From Stenotrophomonas sp. (lineage in GTDB: Bacteria; Pseudomonadota; Gammaproteobacteria; Xanthomonadales; Xanthomonadaceae): a stretch of 64,000 nt of DNA. Made by a program: the position numbers and the translations under genes. Numbering within the stretch: the first letter of the stretch is position 1; every line of letters begins with the position of its first letter. Positions 22,384-31,212 of the stretch are shown piece by piece. Where the stretch lies: the NCBI GenBank assembly GCA_036566925.1, contig DATCVI010000061.1, positions 19,338 to 83,337 of the forward strand, given 5' to 3'. Under the pieces are notes generated by a model. It ran no database searches. It worked only from the letters and a program-made list of their open reading frames with translations, and was not told the origin of the DNA.

Positions 22384-23808
22384 CTATCCCTTCAAGCGGC
22401 TGTGGCGGAAGCCGTAGGCGAAGTAGATACCGAAGCCGCCCAGGGTCCAGAACGCCATCAGCATCCAGTTGTGCGCGGTCATCCGCGACAACAGCACCAG
22501 GCAGCTGATCACGCCGAGGCTGCAGATCAGCCACGCCGCCGGCATCCGGAACGGACGCGGCAGGTCAGGCTGGGTGCGGCGCAGGATCAGCACGCCGGCA
22601 CACACGGCGGCGAACGCGATCAGCGTGCCCATCGAGGTCAGTTCGCCGAGCACGTCGAGCGGGAACAGCGCCGCCAGCAGGGCGATGCCGACGCCGGTGA
22701 TGACGGTATTGATGTGCGGGGTCCGGTACTTGGGGTGGATGCGGGTGAACACTTCCGGCAGCAGGCCGTCGCGCGCCATGATCATGAAGATGCGCGGCTG
22801 GCCGATGATCATCACCAGCACCACCGACGAGAGACCGATCAGCGCGCCGATTTCCACCACCATGCGCAGCCAGCCCAGTTCCGGATGCGCGGCTACGGCG
22901 GTGACCACCGGCTCGTCGGTGCCGAGCAAGGTGTAGGGCACCAGGCCGGTCATCACCGCGGCCATGGCGATGTACAGCACCGTGCAGATCACCAGCGACA
23001 GCAGCATGCCGATCGGCATGTCGCGCTGCGGCCGGTGCGATTCCTGCGCCGCCACCGAGACTGCCTCGAAGCCGATGTAGGCGAAGAACACCATCGAGGC
23101 GCCGCGCAGCACGCCGTCCCAGCCGAACCGGCCCGGGCCTTCGTTGGCCGGGATGAACGGATGCCAGTTGGCCGGGTCCACGTATTTCCAGCCGACCACG
23201 ATGACCAGCACGATCAAGCCGCTCTTGAGCAGCACCATCGCCATGTTCATCGCCGAGGACTTGCGGATGCCGACGTAGCACAGCCAGGTCAGCAGCAAGG
23301 TAATGCCGGCTGCCGGCAGGTTGGCAATCGCGCCGGTGGGGCGCAGTTGTGCGTCCAGCGGCGAGTTGGTCAGCGCCGCCGGCAGGGTGATGCCGAAGTG
23401 TTGCAGCAGGCTGAGGAAATACCCGGTCCAGCTCACCGCCACGGCCGAGGCAGAGACGCCGTATTCCAGCACCAGCATCCAGCCGATGAACCAGGCTGCC
23501 AGTTCGCCGAAGGTGGCGTAGGTATAGGTATAGGCGCTGCCGGAAACCGGCACCATCGCCGCGAACTCGGCATAGGCCATGGCGCAGAAGGCGCAGCAGA
23601 TGGCCGCCAGCAGGAACGACAGCATGATCGCCGGACCGGCATGGTTGGCCGCGGCGGTACCGGTGATGACGAAGATCCCGCCGCCGATGACCGCGCCGAT
23701 GCCCAGCGCGGTCAGGCCCCAGGGGCCGAGGGCGCGGGTCAGGCCGAGGCCGCCGGCATCGGCGTGGCTGGCATGGGGATGCTTGGTGGCCCAGAGTTGC
23801 TTGAGCAT
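22384..23808 (-). CDS. APC-superfamily amino acid permease (cationic amino-acid transporter-like)
   Basis: 474 aa with about 12 or more hydrophobic segments. Motifs GIGAVIGGGIFVITG and FAYIGFEAVS. Confidence 0.92.
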   Translation of the reverse strand: MLKQLWATKHPHASHADAGGLGLTRALGPWGLTALGIGAVIGGGIFVITGTAAANHAGPAIMLSFLLAAICCAFCAMAYAEFAAMVPVSGSAYTYTYATFGELAAWFIGWMLVLEYGVSASAVAVSWTGYFLSLLQHFGITLPAALTNSPLDAQLRPTGAIANLPAAGITLLLTWLCYVGIRKSSAMNMAMVLLKSGLIVLVIVVGWKYVDPANWHPFIPANEGPGRFGWDGVLRGASMVFFAYIGFEAVSVAAQESHRPQRDMPIGMLLSLVICTVLYIAMAAVMTGLVPYTLLGTDEPVVTAVAAHPELGWLRMVVEIGALIGLSSVVLVMIIGQPRIFMIMARDGLLPEVFTRIHPKYRTPHINTVITGVGIALLAALFPLDVLGELTSMGTLIAFAAVCAGVLILRRTQPDLPRPFRMPAAWLICSLGVISCLVLLSRMTAHNWMLMAFWTLGGFGIYFAYGFRHSRLKG

Positions 23809-23837
23809 GTAGACGCGTTTCCGATGGGGAACAGCTA

Positions 23838-23867
23838 AAGGCGAAGCCGGCGCGGGCGCCGGCTTCG
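23838..23867 (-). terminator. hairpin/terminator after the upstream permease paralogue
   Basis: A perfect 11-bp stem CGAAGCCGGCG / CGCCGGCTTCG (23842-23852 / 23857-23867) is followed on the minus strand by CCTTTAG. It lies 9 nt after the stop of 23876..25348. Confidence 0.55.
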
Positions 23868-23875
23868 TATGGGGG

Positions 23876-25348
23876 TCAGGCCTTCTGGGCCAGGCGGCTG
23901 TTGCGGATGCCGTAGAAGAAATAGATGCACAGGCCGATCAGGGTCCAGCCTACGAAGACCTTCCAGTGTTCGCGGAACGCCTGCAGGAACAGGAACAGGC
24001 AGAACAGCGCGCCGAGCGGGCACACCAGCCATGCCAGCGGCACGCGGAACGGTCGTTCCAGTTCCGGCCGCGTGTAGCGCAGCACCAGTACGCCGACGCA
24101 GACCGTGGCGAAGGCCAGCAGCGTGCCCATCGACACCAGCTCGCCCAGTACGTTCAGCGGCACCAGCCCCGCCAGCAGCGCGGCGACCACGCCGACCAGG
24201 ATCGTGCCGAAATAAGGCGTATGGAACTTCGGGTGGACGCGACCGAAGATCTTCGGCAGCAGGCCGTCGCGCGACATGGTGTAGAAGATGCGCGGCTGCG
24301 CCATCAGCATCACCAGCACCACCGAGGACAGGCCGGCGATGGCACCGATCTCGACGAACGTCTTCAACCAGGCCAGCTGCGGATAGTGCTCCAGCGCGGT
24401 GGCCACCGGCTTGGCCGTGCCCAGTTCGGTATAGGGCAGCAGGCCGGTCAGCACTGCACAGACGATGATGTAGATGATGGTGCAGACGGCCAGCGAGCCG
24501 AGGATGCCGATCGGCATGTTCTTCTGCGGGTCCTTGGTCTCGCCGGCCGAGGTGGAGACCGCATCGAAGCCGATATAGGCGAAGAACACGATCGAGGCGG
24601 CACGGAAGATGCCGCTCCAACCGAACACGCCCGGCGCGGTGTTCTCCGGGATGAACGGATGCCAGTTCTCAGGGTTGATATAAGAGATACCGAAGCCGAC
24701 GAACAGGCAGATGACGATGATCTTGATCGCCACCACGATCGAATTGACGAACGCCGACTGGGTGATGCCGACGTAGCACAGCCCGCTGACTGCCGCCACG
24801 ACCAGCACCGCCGGCAGGTTGACGATCGCGCCCGAGGCTTCGAAGGCGTGGCCCGTCCAGGCCAACGGCGCGTTGGCCAGTTCGGCCGGGAAGGGCAGGC
24901 CGAGCGTGGTGGTGAGGAAGCTGATCAGGTACGCCGACCAGCCAACCGCCACGCTGGACCCGGCGAACAGGTACTCCAGCACCAGGCACCAGCCGATGAA
25001 CCAGGCCATGCCTTCGCCGAGGGTGGCGTACGAATACGAGTAGGCACTGCCGGAGACCGGCATCATCGCCGCGAACTCGGCATAGCACAGGCCGGCGAAA
25101 GCGCAGGCCAGGCCGGCGAAGACGAAGGACAGGATGACTGCCGGGCCGGCGTGGCCCGCCGCCGCCTGGCCGGTCATCACGAAGATGCCGGCGCCGATCA
25201 CCGCGCCGATCCCGAGCATGACCAGGTGCTTGGCGGTGAGGGTGCGCTTGAGGGTGGCCTCGCCCTCCAGGCTGCCCTCGAAGGGCTCCCCGGCATCGAC
25301 ATGGCCGGCGGGTTGGACCGGTTTGACCCTCAACAATGACTTCAGCAT
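23876..25348 (-). CDS. APC-superfamily amino acid permease (paralogue of 22384..23808)
   Basis: Starts at MLKSLLRV (internal ATG of track ORF 23876..25465). Same motifs as its neighbour (GIGAVIGAGIFVMTG, FAYIGFDAVS). Confidence 0.92.
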   Translation of the reverse strand: MLKSLLRVKPVQPAGHVDAGEPFEGSLEGEATLKRTLTAKHLVMLGIGAVIGAGIFVMTGQAAAGHAGPAVILSFVFAGLACAFAGLCYAEFAAMMPVSGSAYSYSYATLGEGMAWFIGWCLVLEYLFAGSSVAVGWSAYLISFLTTTLGLPFPAELANAPLAWTGHAFEASGAIVNLPAVLVVAAVSGLCYVGITQSAFVNSIVVAIKIIVICLFVGFGISYINPENWHPFIPENTAPGVFGWSGIFRAASIVFFAYIGFDAVSTSAGETKDPQKNMPIGILGSLAVCTIIYIIVCAVLTGLLPYTELGTAKPVATALEHYPQLAWLKTFVEIGAIAGLSSVVLVMLMAQPRIFYTMSRDGLLPKIFGRVHPKFHTPYFGTILVGVVAALLAGLVPLNVLGELVSMGTLLAFATVCVGVLVLRYTRPELERPFRVPLAWLVCPLGALFCLFLFLQAFREHWKVFVGWTLIGLCIYFFYGIRNSRLAQKA

Positions 25349-25361
25349 TCGCTCGCTTCCA

Positions 25362-25442
25362 GAAAAGGCGTACGGGGCGCGGCCGGCGGCCGTGCCCGTG
25401 TGGGCGTGGAGGTCCGGTGAAGACCGGAGTGGCCCGTACCTT
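25362..25442 (-). promoter_or_regulatory. structured GC-rich 5' leader with a terminator-like hairpin + TTTT just before the permease start
   Basis: The minus strand reads GGTACGGGCC..TCCGGTcttcACCGGA..GGGCACGGCCGcCGGCCGCGCCCCGTACGCCTTTTCT, ending about 13 nt before ATG 25348. Confidence 0.3.
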
Positions 25443-25493
25443 AGCCAAAGCTGAAGCCAGACCACAAGCGCGCTGCAACATCGGCTGGCGATA

Positions 25494-26093
25494 ATGCCGA
25501 ATCTTTTTGGCTCGAATTCCTACATGACAACCAGCGTTTCCCCCAATCTGCGCCTGCAACTGACGAAATATGCCCAACGTTGGCCGGACGAGGCCGGCGT
25601 GGCGGCTGAATTCCTCAGCCTGCTCGAGGACCCCGCCGACCCCTTCTTGCGCGAACGCCTCGCCGGGCACTTCACCGCATCGGCCTGGCTGGTCAGCGCC
25701 GATGGTCAGCGCGTGCTGCTGACCCACCACCGCAAGCTGGAGCGCTGGCTGCAGCTCGGCGGCCATGCCGACGGCGACGCCGACCTGGCCCAGGTGGCGT
25801 TGAAGGAGGCAGAGGAGGAGTCAGGATTGAGCGGGCTGGTGGTCGAAGCCGATGCCATCTTCGACCTGGACCGGCATTGGATTCCCGAGCGCGGCGGGGT
25901 TCCCGGCCATTGGCACTACGACGCCCGCTACATCGTGCGTGCGGGCGCCAGCGAGGATTTCGTGGTCAGCGAAGAATCGCTGGCGTTGGCCTGGCGCGAG
26001 ATCGCCGCGCTGAGGAGCGACCCGCAATCGGATGAATCGATGCGGCGCATGGCCGGCAAATGGCTGGCGCGGAAGCCCGTAGGAGGGGCTTGA
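25494..26093 (+). CDS. NUDIX hydrolase
   Basis: Nudix box GGHADGDADLAQVALKEAEEESGL. ATG 25524 is an alternative start. The last codons run into a REP-like element. Confidence 0.85.
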   Translation: MPNLFGSNSYMTTSVSPNLRLQLTKYAQRWPDEAGVAAEFLSLLEDPADPFLRERLAGHFTASAWLVSADGQRVLLTHHRKLERWLQLGGHADGDADLAQVALKEAEEESGLSGLVVEADAIFDLDRHWIPERGGVPGHWHYDARYIVRAGASEDFVVSEESLALAWREIAALRSDPQSDESMRRMAGKWLARKPVGGA

Positions 26094-26103
26094 GCCCGAC
26101 GAA
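26079..26103. repeat. REP-like element GTAGGAGGGGCTTGAGCCC (copy 1)
   Basis: GTAGGAG + GGGCT-TG-AGCCC hairpin. It forms an inverted pair with 26157-26173. Confidence 0.7.
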
Positions 26104-26156
26104 CGGCGTAGCGAGCTGTCAGTTACCGGTCGCGGCTGATGGCCCAAGGCCACCTA

Positions 26157-26173
26157 GAGCCGCTCCTACAAAG
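26157..26173. repeat. REP-like element, inverted partial copy (GAGCCGCTCCTACAAAG)
   Basis: Its reverse complement CTTTGTAGGAGCGGCTC matches the GTAGGAG(C/G)GGCT core of 26079 and 40226. It lies between convergent genes. Confidence 0.6.
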
Positions 26174-26180
26174 TGCGAGG

Positions 26181-27422
26181 TCAATACAAAATCCGCGTCC
26201 GCAGCGTCCCCGGGATCCGCGCCAGCTCGTCCTTGATCACCGCCGCCTGCGCTTCATCGGCGCTGATGTCGATCACGACGTAGCCCACCTTGGAATCTGT
26301 GCGCAGGAACTGGCCATCGATGTTGACGTTGTGGCGCGAGAACAACTCGTTGATCTGCGACAGCACGCCGGGCACATTGCGATGGATATGTAGCAGGCGC
26401 AGGCTTTCGGCGTGCTCGGGCAGCGTGGCTTCGGGGAAGTTGACCGCCGACAGGGTGCTGCCGTTGTCGCTGTAGCGCACCAGCTTGGCGGCCACTTCGA
26501 TGCCGATGTTGTCCTGCGCCTCCAGCGTGCTGCCGCCCACGTGCGGGGTCAGGATGACATTGTCGTGCGCGGTCAGCGGCGAGACGAACGCCTCGCCGTT
26601 GCCCTTGGGCTCGACCGGGAACACGTCCACCGCCGCGCCGCCGAGGCGACCTTCGCGCAGTGCCGCATCCAGCGCGTCGATGTCGATCACGGTGCCGCGC
26701 GAGGCGTTGATCAGGTGCGCGCCCGGCTTCATCTGCGCGATCTGCGCGGCGCCGAACATATTCTTGGTCGCCGGTGTCTCCGGCACGTGCAGGGTGACCA
26801 CGTCCGATTGCTTGAGCAACTCGTCCAGGTCGGTGGCCGCGCGTGCGTTGCCCAGCGACAGCTTGGCCTCGATGTCATGGAACAGCACCTGCATGCCGAA
26901 GGCTTCGGCGAGCACGCCGACCTGGGTGCCGATGTGGCCGTAACCGACGATGCCCAGCGTCTTGCCGCGGGTTTCGTGGCTTCCGGCCGCCGACTTCGAC
27001 CAGCCGCCGCGATGGCACTCGGCGTTCTTTTGCGGGATGCCGCGCAACAGCAGGATGGCTTCGGCGATCACCAGCTCGGCAACGCTGCGGGTGTTGGAGT
27101 AGGGCGCATTGAACACCGGGATGCCGGCCAGCTCTGCCGCTTCCAGGTCGACCTGGTTGGTACCGATGCAGAAGCAGCCGATCGCGATCAGGCGCTTGGC
27201 CTCGGCCAGCACTTCGGCGCTGAGGTGGGTGCGCGAACGGATGCCGACGATATGGGCCTCGGCGATTCGCGCCTTCAATTCGTCTTCCGGCAGCGACTTG
27301 GCATGCGCCTCGATTTGCGAATAACCCGCCGCGCGGAAGGTATCCACCGCGGTCTGGCTGAGGCCTTCGAGCAACAGCACGCGGATATCCTGCTTCGGAA
27401 ACGAGGTCTTCTTCGGCGACAT
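26181..27422 (-). CDS. serA: D-3-phosphoglycerate dehydrogenase (with C-terminal ACT domain)
   Basis: Starts at MSPKKTSFPKQDIRVLLLEG (internal ATG of track ORF 26181..27806). NAD motif GIVGYGHIGTQVG, catalytic HVGGST, and an ACT tail. Confidence 0.95.
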   Translation of the reverse strand: MSPKKTSFPKQDIRVLLLEGLSQTAVDTFRAAGYSQIEAHAKSLPEDELKARIAEAHIVGIRSRTHLSAEVLAEAKRLIAIGCFCIGTNQVDLEAAELAGIPVFNAPYSNTRSVAELVIAEAILLLRGIPQKNAECHRGGWSKSAAGSHETRGKTLGIVGYGHIGTQVGVLAEAFGMQVLFHDIEAKLSLGNARAATDLDELLKQSDVVTLHVPETPATKNMFGAAQIAQMKPGAHLINASRGTVIDIDALDAALREGRLGGAAVDVFPVEPKGNGEAFVSPLTAHDNVILTPHVGGSTLEAQDNIGIEVAAKLVRYSDNGSTLSAVNFPEATLPEHAESLRLLHIHRNVPGVLSQINELFSRHNVNIDGQFLRTDSKVGYVVIDISADEAQAAVIKDELARIPGTLRTRILY

Positions 27423-27610
27423 GGCAAGCGAGACTGGGGAGGGAGATGGGCGGTCACTATGCCAGAGCGGGCCCGCGATTGGTGCGCCGCGGCAACGCGC
27501 AAGTCGTTGCCGCGCAATGGTTTCAGCTGAATCGTATGGCGCTGCGATGCGCGGCTGGACGAGTTCGCGCCGCGCTGGCACGCTGTCATGCTTTCTCCGC
27601 GCGCACGCCC

Positions 27611-28999
27611 ATGACCGACCCCCGCATCGCCTCGCTGCAACGCGCCGTCCACGGCTTGCGCCTGAAGACCGAGCCGGCCGACCTGGAGCACTACGGCCGC
27701 GACTGGACCCGACGCTGGACCCCGGCACCGTTGGCCATCGCGCTGCCGGCCTCGGTCGAGGAGGTGCAGGCGACCGTGCGCTGGGCCAACCAGGAAGGCG
27801 TGGCACTGGTGCCCTCCGGCGGACGCACCGGCTTGTCCGGCGGCGCGGTGGCGGCCAATGGCGAACTGGTCGTCAGCCTGGAACGGATGAACCAGGCGCT
27901 GGCCTTCGATGCCGTCGATCGCACCCTGACCGTGCAGGCCGGCATGGCGCTGGAAGCCGTGCACAACGCCGCGCGCGAGCAGGGGTTGGTCTATCCGGTC
28001 GACTTCGCCGCGCGTGGTTCCTGCAGCATCGGCGGCAACATCGCCACCAATGCCGGCGGCATCCGCGTGATCCGCTATGGCAACACGCGCGAATGGATCG
28101 CCGGGCTCAAAGTGGTGACCGGTAGCGGCGAGTTGCTCGAGTTCAACCGCGGGCTGATCAAGAATTCCAGCGGCTATGACTTCCGCCAGCTGCTGATCGC
28201 CTCTGAAGGCACGCTTGGCATCGTAGTCGAGGCGACCCTGCGCCTGACCGACCCGCCGCCGCCAGCCAACGTGATGTTGCTGGCGTTGCCTTCGTTCGAA
28301 GTGCTGATGCAGGTGTTTGCCGCGTTCCGGCAGCGCCTGCGCCTGGAAGCCTTTGAATTTTTCACCGACCGCGCGCTGGCCCATGTGCTTGCACATGGCG
28401 CGCAGGCCCCGTTCGAGCAGGTCCATCCGTTCTACGTGGTCACCGAATACGCCGCCGGCGACGAGGCCCAGGAGGCCGCCGCGCTGGCCGCGTTCGAAGA
28501 CTGCATGGCGCAGGGCTGGGTGCTGGACGGGGTGATCAGCCAGAGCGAAGCCCAGGCCCAGCAGCTGTGGCGCCTGCGCGAGGGCATCACCGAGGCCGTG
28601 GCGCGCTACAAGCCGTACAAGAACGACGTCTCGGTGCGGATCTCGGCGATGCCGGCGTTCCTGGCACGGACCCAGGCGCTGCTGGGCGAGGCCTACCCGG
28701 ATTTCGAGGTGGTGTGGTTCGGCCATATCGGCGACGGCAACCTGCATATCAACGTGCTCAAGCCCGACGGTTACGGCGATGCCGAGTTCATCGCCGCCTG
28801 CGAGCAGGTCACCCAGGTGCTGGCGCAGGTATTGGCGGAATTCGGCGGCAGTATTTCCGCCGAACACGGTATCGGCCTGGTCAAGAAGCCTTACCTGGAC
28901 GGAACTCGCAGCGCCGAAGAGATCGCGCTGATGCGCGGCGTCAAGCGCGTGTTCGACCCCAACGGATTGCTCAATCCCGGCAAGCTGTTCGACGCCTGA
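27611..28999 (+). CDS. FAD-linked oxidase, D-2-hydroxyglutarate dehydrogenase-like
   Basis: FAD_binding_4 motifs (ALVPSGGRTGLSGGAV, GGNIATNAGG) and a C-terminal FAD-oxidase domain (SAEHGIG). It is divergent from serA. Confidence 0.85.
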   Translation: MTDPRIASLQRAVHGLRLKTEPADLEHYGRDWTRRWTPAPLAIALPASVEEVQATVRWANQEGVALVPSGGRTGLSGGAVAANGELVVSLERMNQALAFDAVDRTLTVQAGMALEAVHNAAREQGLVYPVDFAARGSCSIGGNIATNAGGIRVIRYGNTREWIAGLKVVTGSGELLEFNRGLIKNSSGYDFRQLLIASEGTLGIVVEATLRLTDPPPPANVMLLALPSFEVLMQVFAAFRQRLRLEAFEFFTDRALAHVLAHGAQAPFEQVHPFYVVTEYAAGDEAQEAAALAAFEDCMAQGWVLDGVISQSEAQAQQLWRLREGITEAVARYKPYKNDVSVRISAMPAFLARTQALLGEAYPDFEVVWFGHIGDGNLHINVLKPDGYGDAEFIAACEQVTQVLAQVLAEFGGSISAEHGIGLVKKPYLDGTRSAEEIALMRGVKRVFDPNGLLNPGKLFDA

Positions 29000-29060
29000 G
29001 CGTGGCCCGGGTAATCTTGGCTTCCCGTTGCACCGCAACCGCCTGTTGTTTACTCGCACC

Positions 29061-29360
29061 ATGATCCGACCGCTCCTGCTTTGCGCCGTGTTCCTCCTGC
29101 CCGCCACCGCGCTGGCCAGCAGCTTCGCCGGTACCTCGGCGGGGGCCTCGTCGGCCGGTTCATCGGCCTCGTCCGGCAGCACTTCGGGCGACGACAAGGT
29201 CTTGCTGGCTGCGCGCGACGATGCCGCCGCCTTCGTCGCCAGCGATGGCCAACTGCGCAGTGCGCGCCTGCAGGCGGCATTGCGCCAGCTGCGCACCAGC
29301 AATGGCGCCTTGGCGCAGGCCGACGACCTGGCCTTGGCGCGGCGTATCCTCGCGCTGTGA
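29061..29360 (+). CDS. DUF2388 family small secreted protein
   Basis: Signal peptide MIRPLLLCAVFLLPATALA, a Ser/Gly/Ala-rich linker, and a conserved core AARDDAAAFVASDGQLRSARLQAALRQLR. Confidence 0.75.
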   Translation: MIRPLLLCAVFLLPATALASSFAGTSAGASSAGSSASSGSTSGDDKVLLAARDDAAAFVASDGQLRSARLQAALRQLRTSNGALAQADDLALARRILAL

Positions 29361-31186
29361 CCCGCTCGGGCAGCGCGCCGCGCCTGCGCGGCCGTGCCTG
29401 CCTGTGGTTGGCGGGGATCTGCGCCGCGGCGCTGGGTCTGCCCTGGCCAGCAACGGCGGCGACGCCCACCGGCCTCGATCCGACGGCAACCGCTGCCGAA
29501 CAGCGCCTGCTGGACAGCGCCTATGCGCGCTTGCCAAGCGGCTGGCGTGCCGCTCTGCCGGCGATGCCGACGATCGACTGGCGCGACGACTTGCCGGCAC
29601 ACGTGGCCGGCCGCGCGTTCGGCGCGCAACTGCGCATGGACCGCACCCTGCTGGCCGCCTGGAAAGACCCGCAAGCCGACCCCGAGCATGACCCGGCCGC
29701 CCGGCTCGCGTTGGCGACCTTGCTGCACGAGCTCGCACATGTGCTCGATCGCGGCCCCCAGGGCGGACTCTCTCGCGACGCGCGCCTGCGCGACCTCGCT
29801 GGTTGGCCACGACATCGCTTGTGGCCGGGCCGCGGCGGCAACGCCCTGACCGACCGCAGTCCGGATCGCTACGAACTGCAGGACCCGCGCGAATTCGTCG
29901 CGGTCAACCTCGAACACTACGTCCTCGACCCCGACTATGCCTGCCGGCGCCCGGCCTTGGCGGCGTGGTTCCAGGCCCGGCTCGGCCCGGCGCCCGCAGC
30001 GCGTGGCGAATGCAGCGCGAGCATGCCGCTTCTGCAAGGCGAAGGTGCAGACGGCCAGGTCGGCTGGCTCGATCTCGACCCGTCGCGCGTTTACGCCATC
30101 GACTACCTGTTCGCCGAAGGCAACGACGCGCCGATGAGCCGTTGGGGCCACGCCATGTTGCGGCTGGTCATCTGCGCTCCGGGCCGTGCGCCCGGCCCGG
30201 ACTGTCGTCTCGACCTGGCCTACCACCGCGTGCTGTCCTTCCGCGCCTTCGTCGACGACGTGCAGATTTCCACGTGGCGCGGCCTCACCGGGGGTTATCC
30301 GTCGCGGCTATTCGTATTGCCGCTGGAACAGGTGATCGACGACTACACCCAGGTCCAATTGCGCGCGTTGTCCTCCCTGCCGCTCGCGCTCGACCGGCAG
30401 GGGATTGACGCAGTCCTCGAACGCGCCGCCCGCCTGCACTGGAGTTACGACGGCCGCTACGCCTTCATCAGCAACAACTGCGCGGTGGAGACCTGGAAGC
30501 TGCTGCGCGACGCCGACCCGCGGATCGAAGCGCGCACGCATTGGCGCGGGATCGCCCCCAACCGCCTGCTGGCCGCGCTCGAACGCAGCGGCATGGCCGA
30601 TGCCAGCGTCCTGCAAGACTCGGCGGCCGCGCAGGCGCAGGGCTACTACTTCGCCTCGGCCGCGGCACGCTACGAGCAGATGTTCAAGGTCGCACGCCAG
30701 CATTTGCCGTTGCCGGCAGACAGCGCGCACGCCTGGCTCGACCTGCCCGCGGCCGCGCGCGCGCCCTGGATCGACCGCGGAGATCTGCGCGCCACCGCCG
30801 CGCTGCTGTTGCTGGAACAGGCAGCGCAGCGACGGCAGGAGATGCTGGCGCGCGATTGGCTCAAGCGGCGATTGTCGCGGCGTGATGGCCAGGCGGGGGA
30901 GGCGCGGGAACAGGTGCGCGTGCTGTTGGCCGATGCGGGGGTGTTGGCGCGGCCGGCGGCGTTGCTGGACGGTGTGCCGGGTTACGGGTTGCCGCAGGCG
31001 GGTGAGCGCGAGGTGGTGATGCGGCGGTTGGTTGCGCGCAATGGGCGGTTGGCGGAGGGGTGGCCGGTGTTGCGGTTGGCTGCTCGGTCGGCTTTGCCTT
31101 TGCGGCAGCGGTTGGAGCGGGAGGAGGTTGATCGGAATTTGGTGGTTATTCGGGGGCGGTTGAGAGAGTTGGCTGCTGGGTCGTAG
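29357..31186 (+). CDS. exported protein with an N-terminal HExxH metallopeptidase-like domain and a C-terminal DUF4105 (Lnb-like periplasmic) domain
   Basis: GTG 29357 overlaps the DUF2388 stop (GTGA). The signal-like N-terminus is CLWLAGICAAALGLPWPATA. HELAH lies at 29726-29740, with REFVAVNLEHYVLDP downstream. The DUF4105 signature is SRWGHAMLRL...SNNCAVE. Confidence 0.75.
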   Translation: MTRSGSAPRLRGRACLWLAGICAAALGLPWPATAATPTGLDPTATAAEQRLLDSAYARLPSGWRAALPAMPTIDWRDDLPAHVAGRAFGAQLRMDRTLLAAWKDPQADPEHDPAARLALATLLHELAHVLDRGPQGGLSRDARLRDLAGWPRHRLWPGRGGNALTDRSPDRYELQDPREFVAVNLEHYVLDPDYACRRPALAAWFQARLGPAPAARGECSASMPLLQGEGADGQVGWLDLDPSRVYAIDYLFAEGNDAPMSRWGHAMLRLVICAPGRAPGPDCRLDLAYHRVLSFRAFVDDVQISTWRGLTGGYPSRLFVLPLEQVIDDYTQVQLRALSSLPLALDRQGIDAVLERAARLHWSYDGRYAFISNNCAVETWKLLRDADPRIEARTHWRGIAPNRLLAALERSGMADASVLQDSAAAQAQGYYFASAAARYEQMFKVARQHLPLPADSAHAWLDLPAAARAPWIDRGDLRATAALLLLEQAAQRRQEMLARDWLKRRLSRRDGQAGEAREQVRVLLADAGVLARPAALLDGVPGYGLPQAGEREVVMRRLVARNGRLAEGWPVLRLAARSALPLRQRLEREEVDRNLVVIRGRLRELAAGS

Positions 31187-31212
31187 GGCGGACCCTTACT
31201 TGTTCCGTGCGG

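Noticed and set aside
22327-25339. Plus-strand ORFs 22327..23838 (503 aa) and 23966..25339 (457 aa)
   Set aside because: They are antisense to the two permeases. They are His/Arg/Gly/Asp-rich repeats mirroring the permease hydrophobic codons.
27275-30226. A 983-aa minus-strand ORF crossing the serA upstream region, the FAD oxidase and the DUF2388 genes
   Set aside because: It runs antisense to well-supported plus-strand genes and through an intergenic region. Its composition is degenerate.
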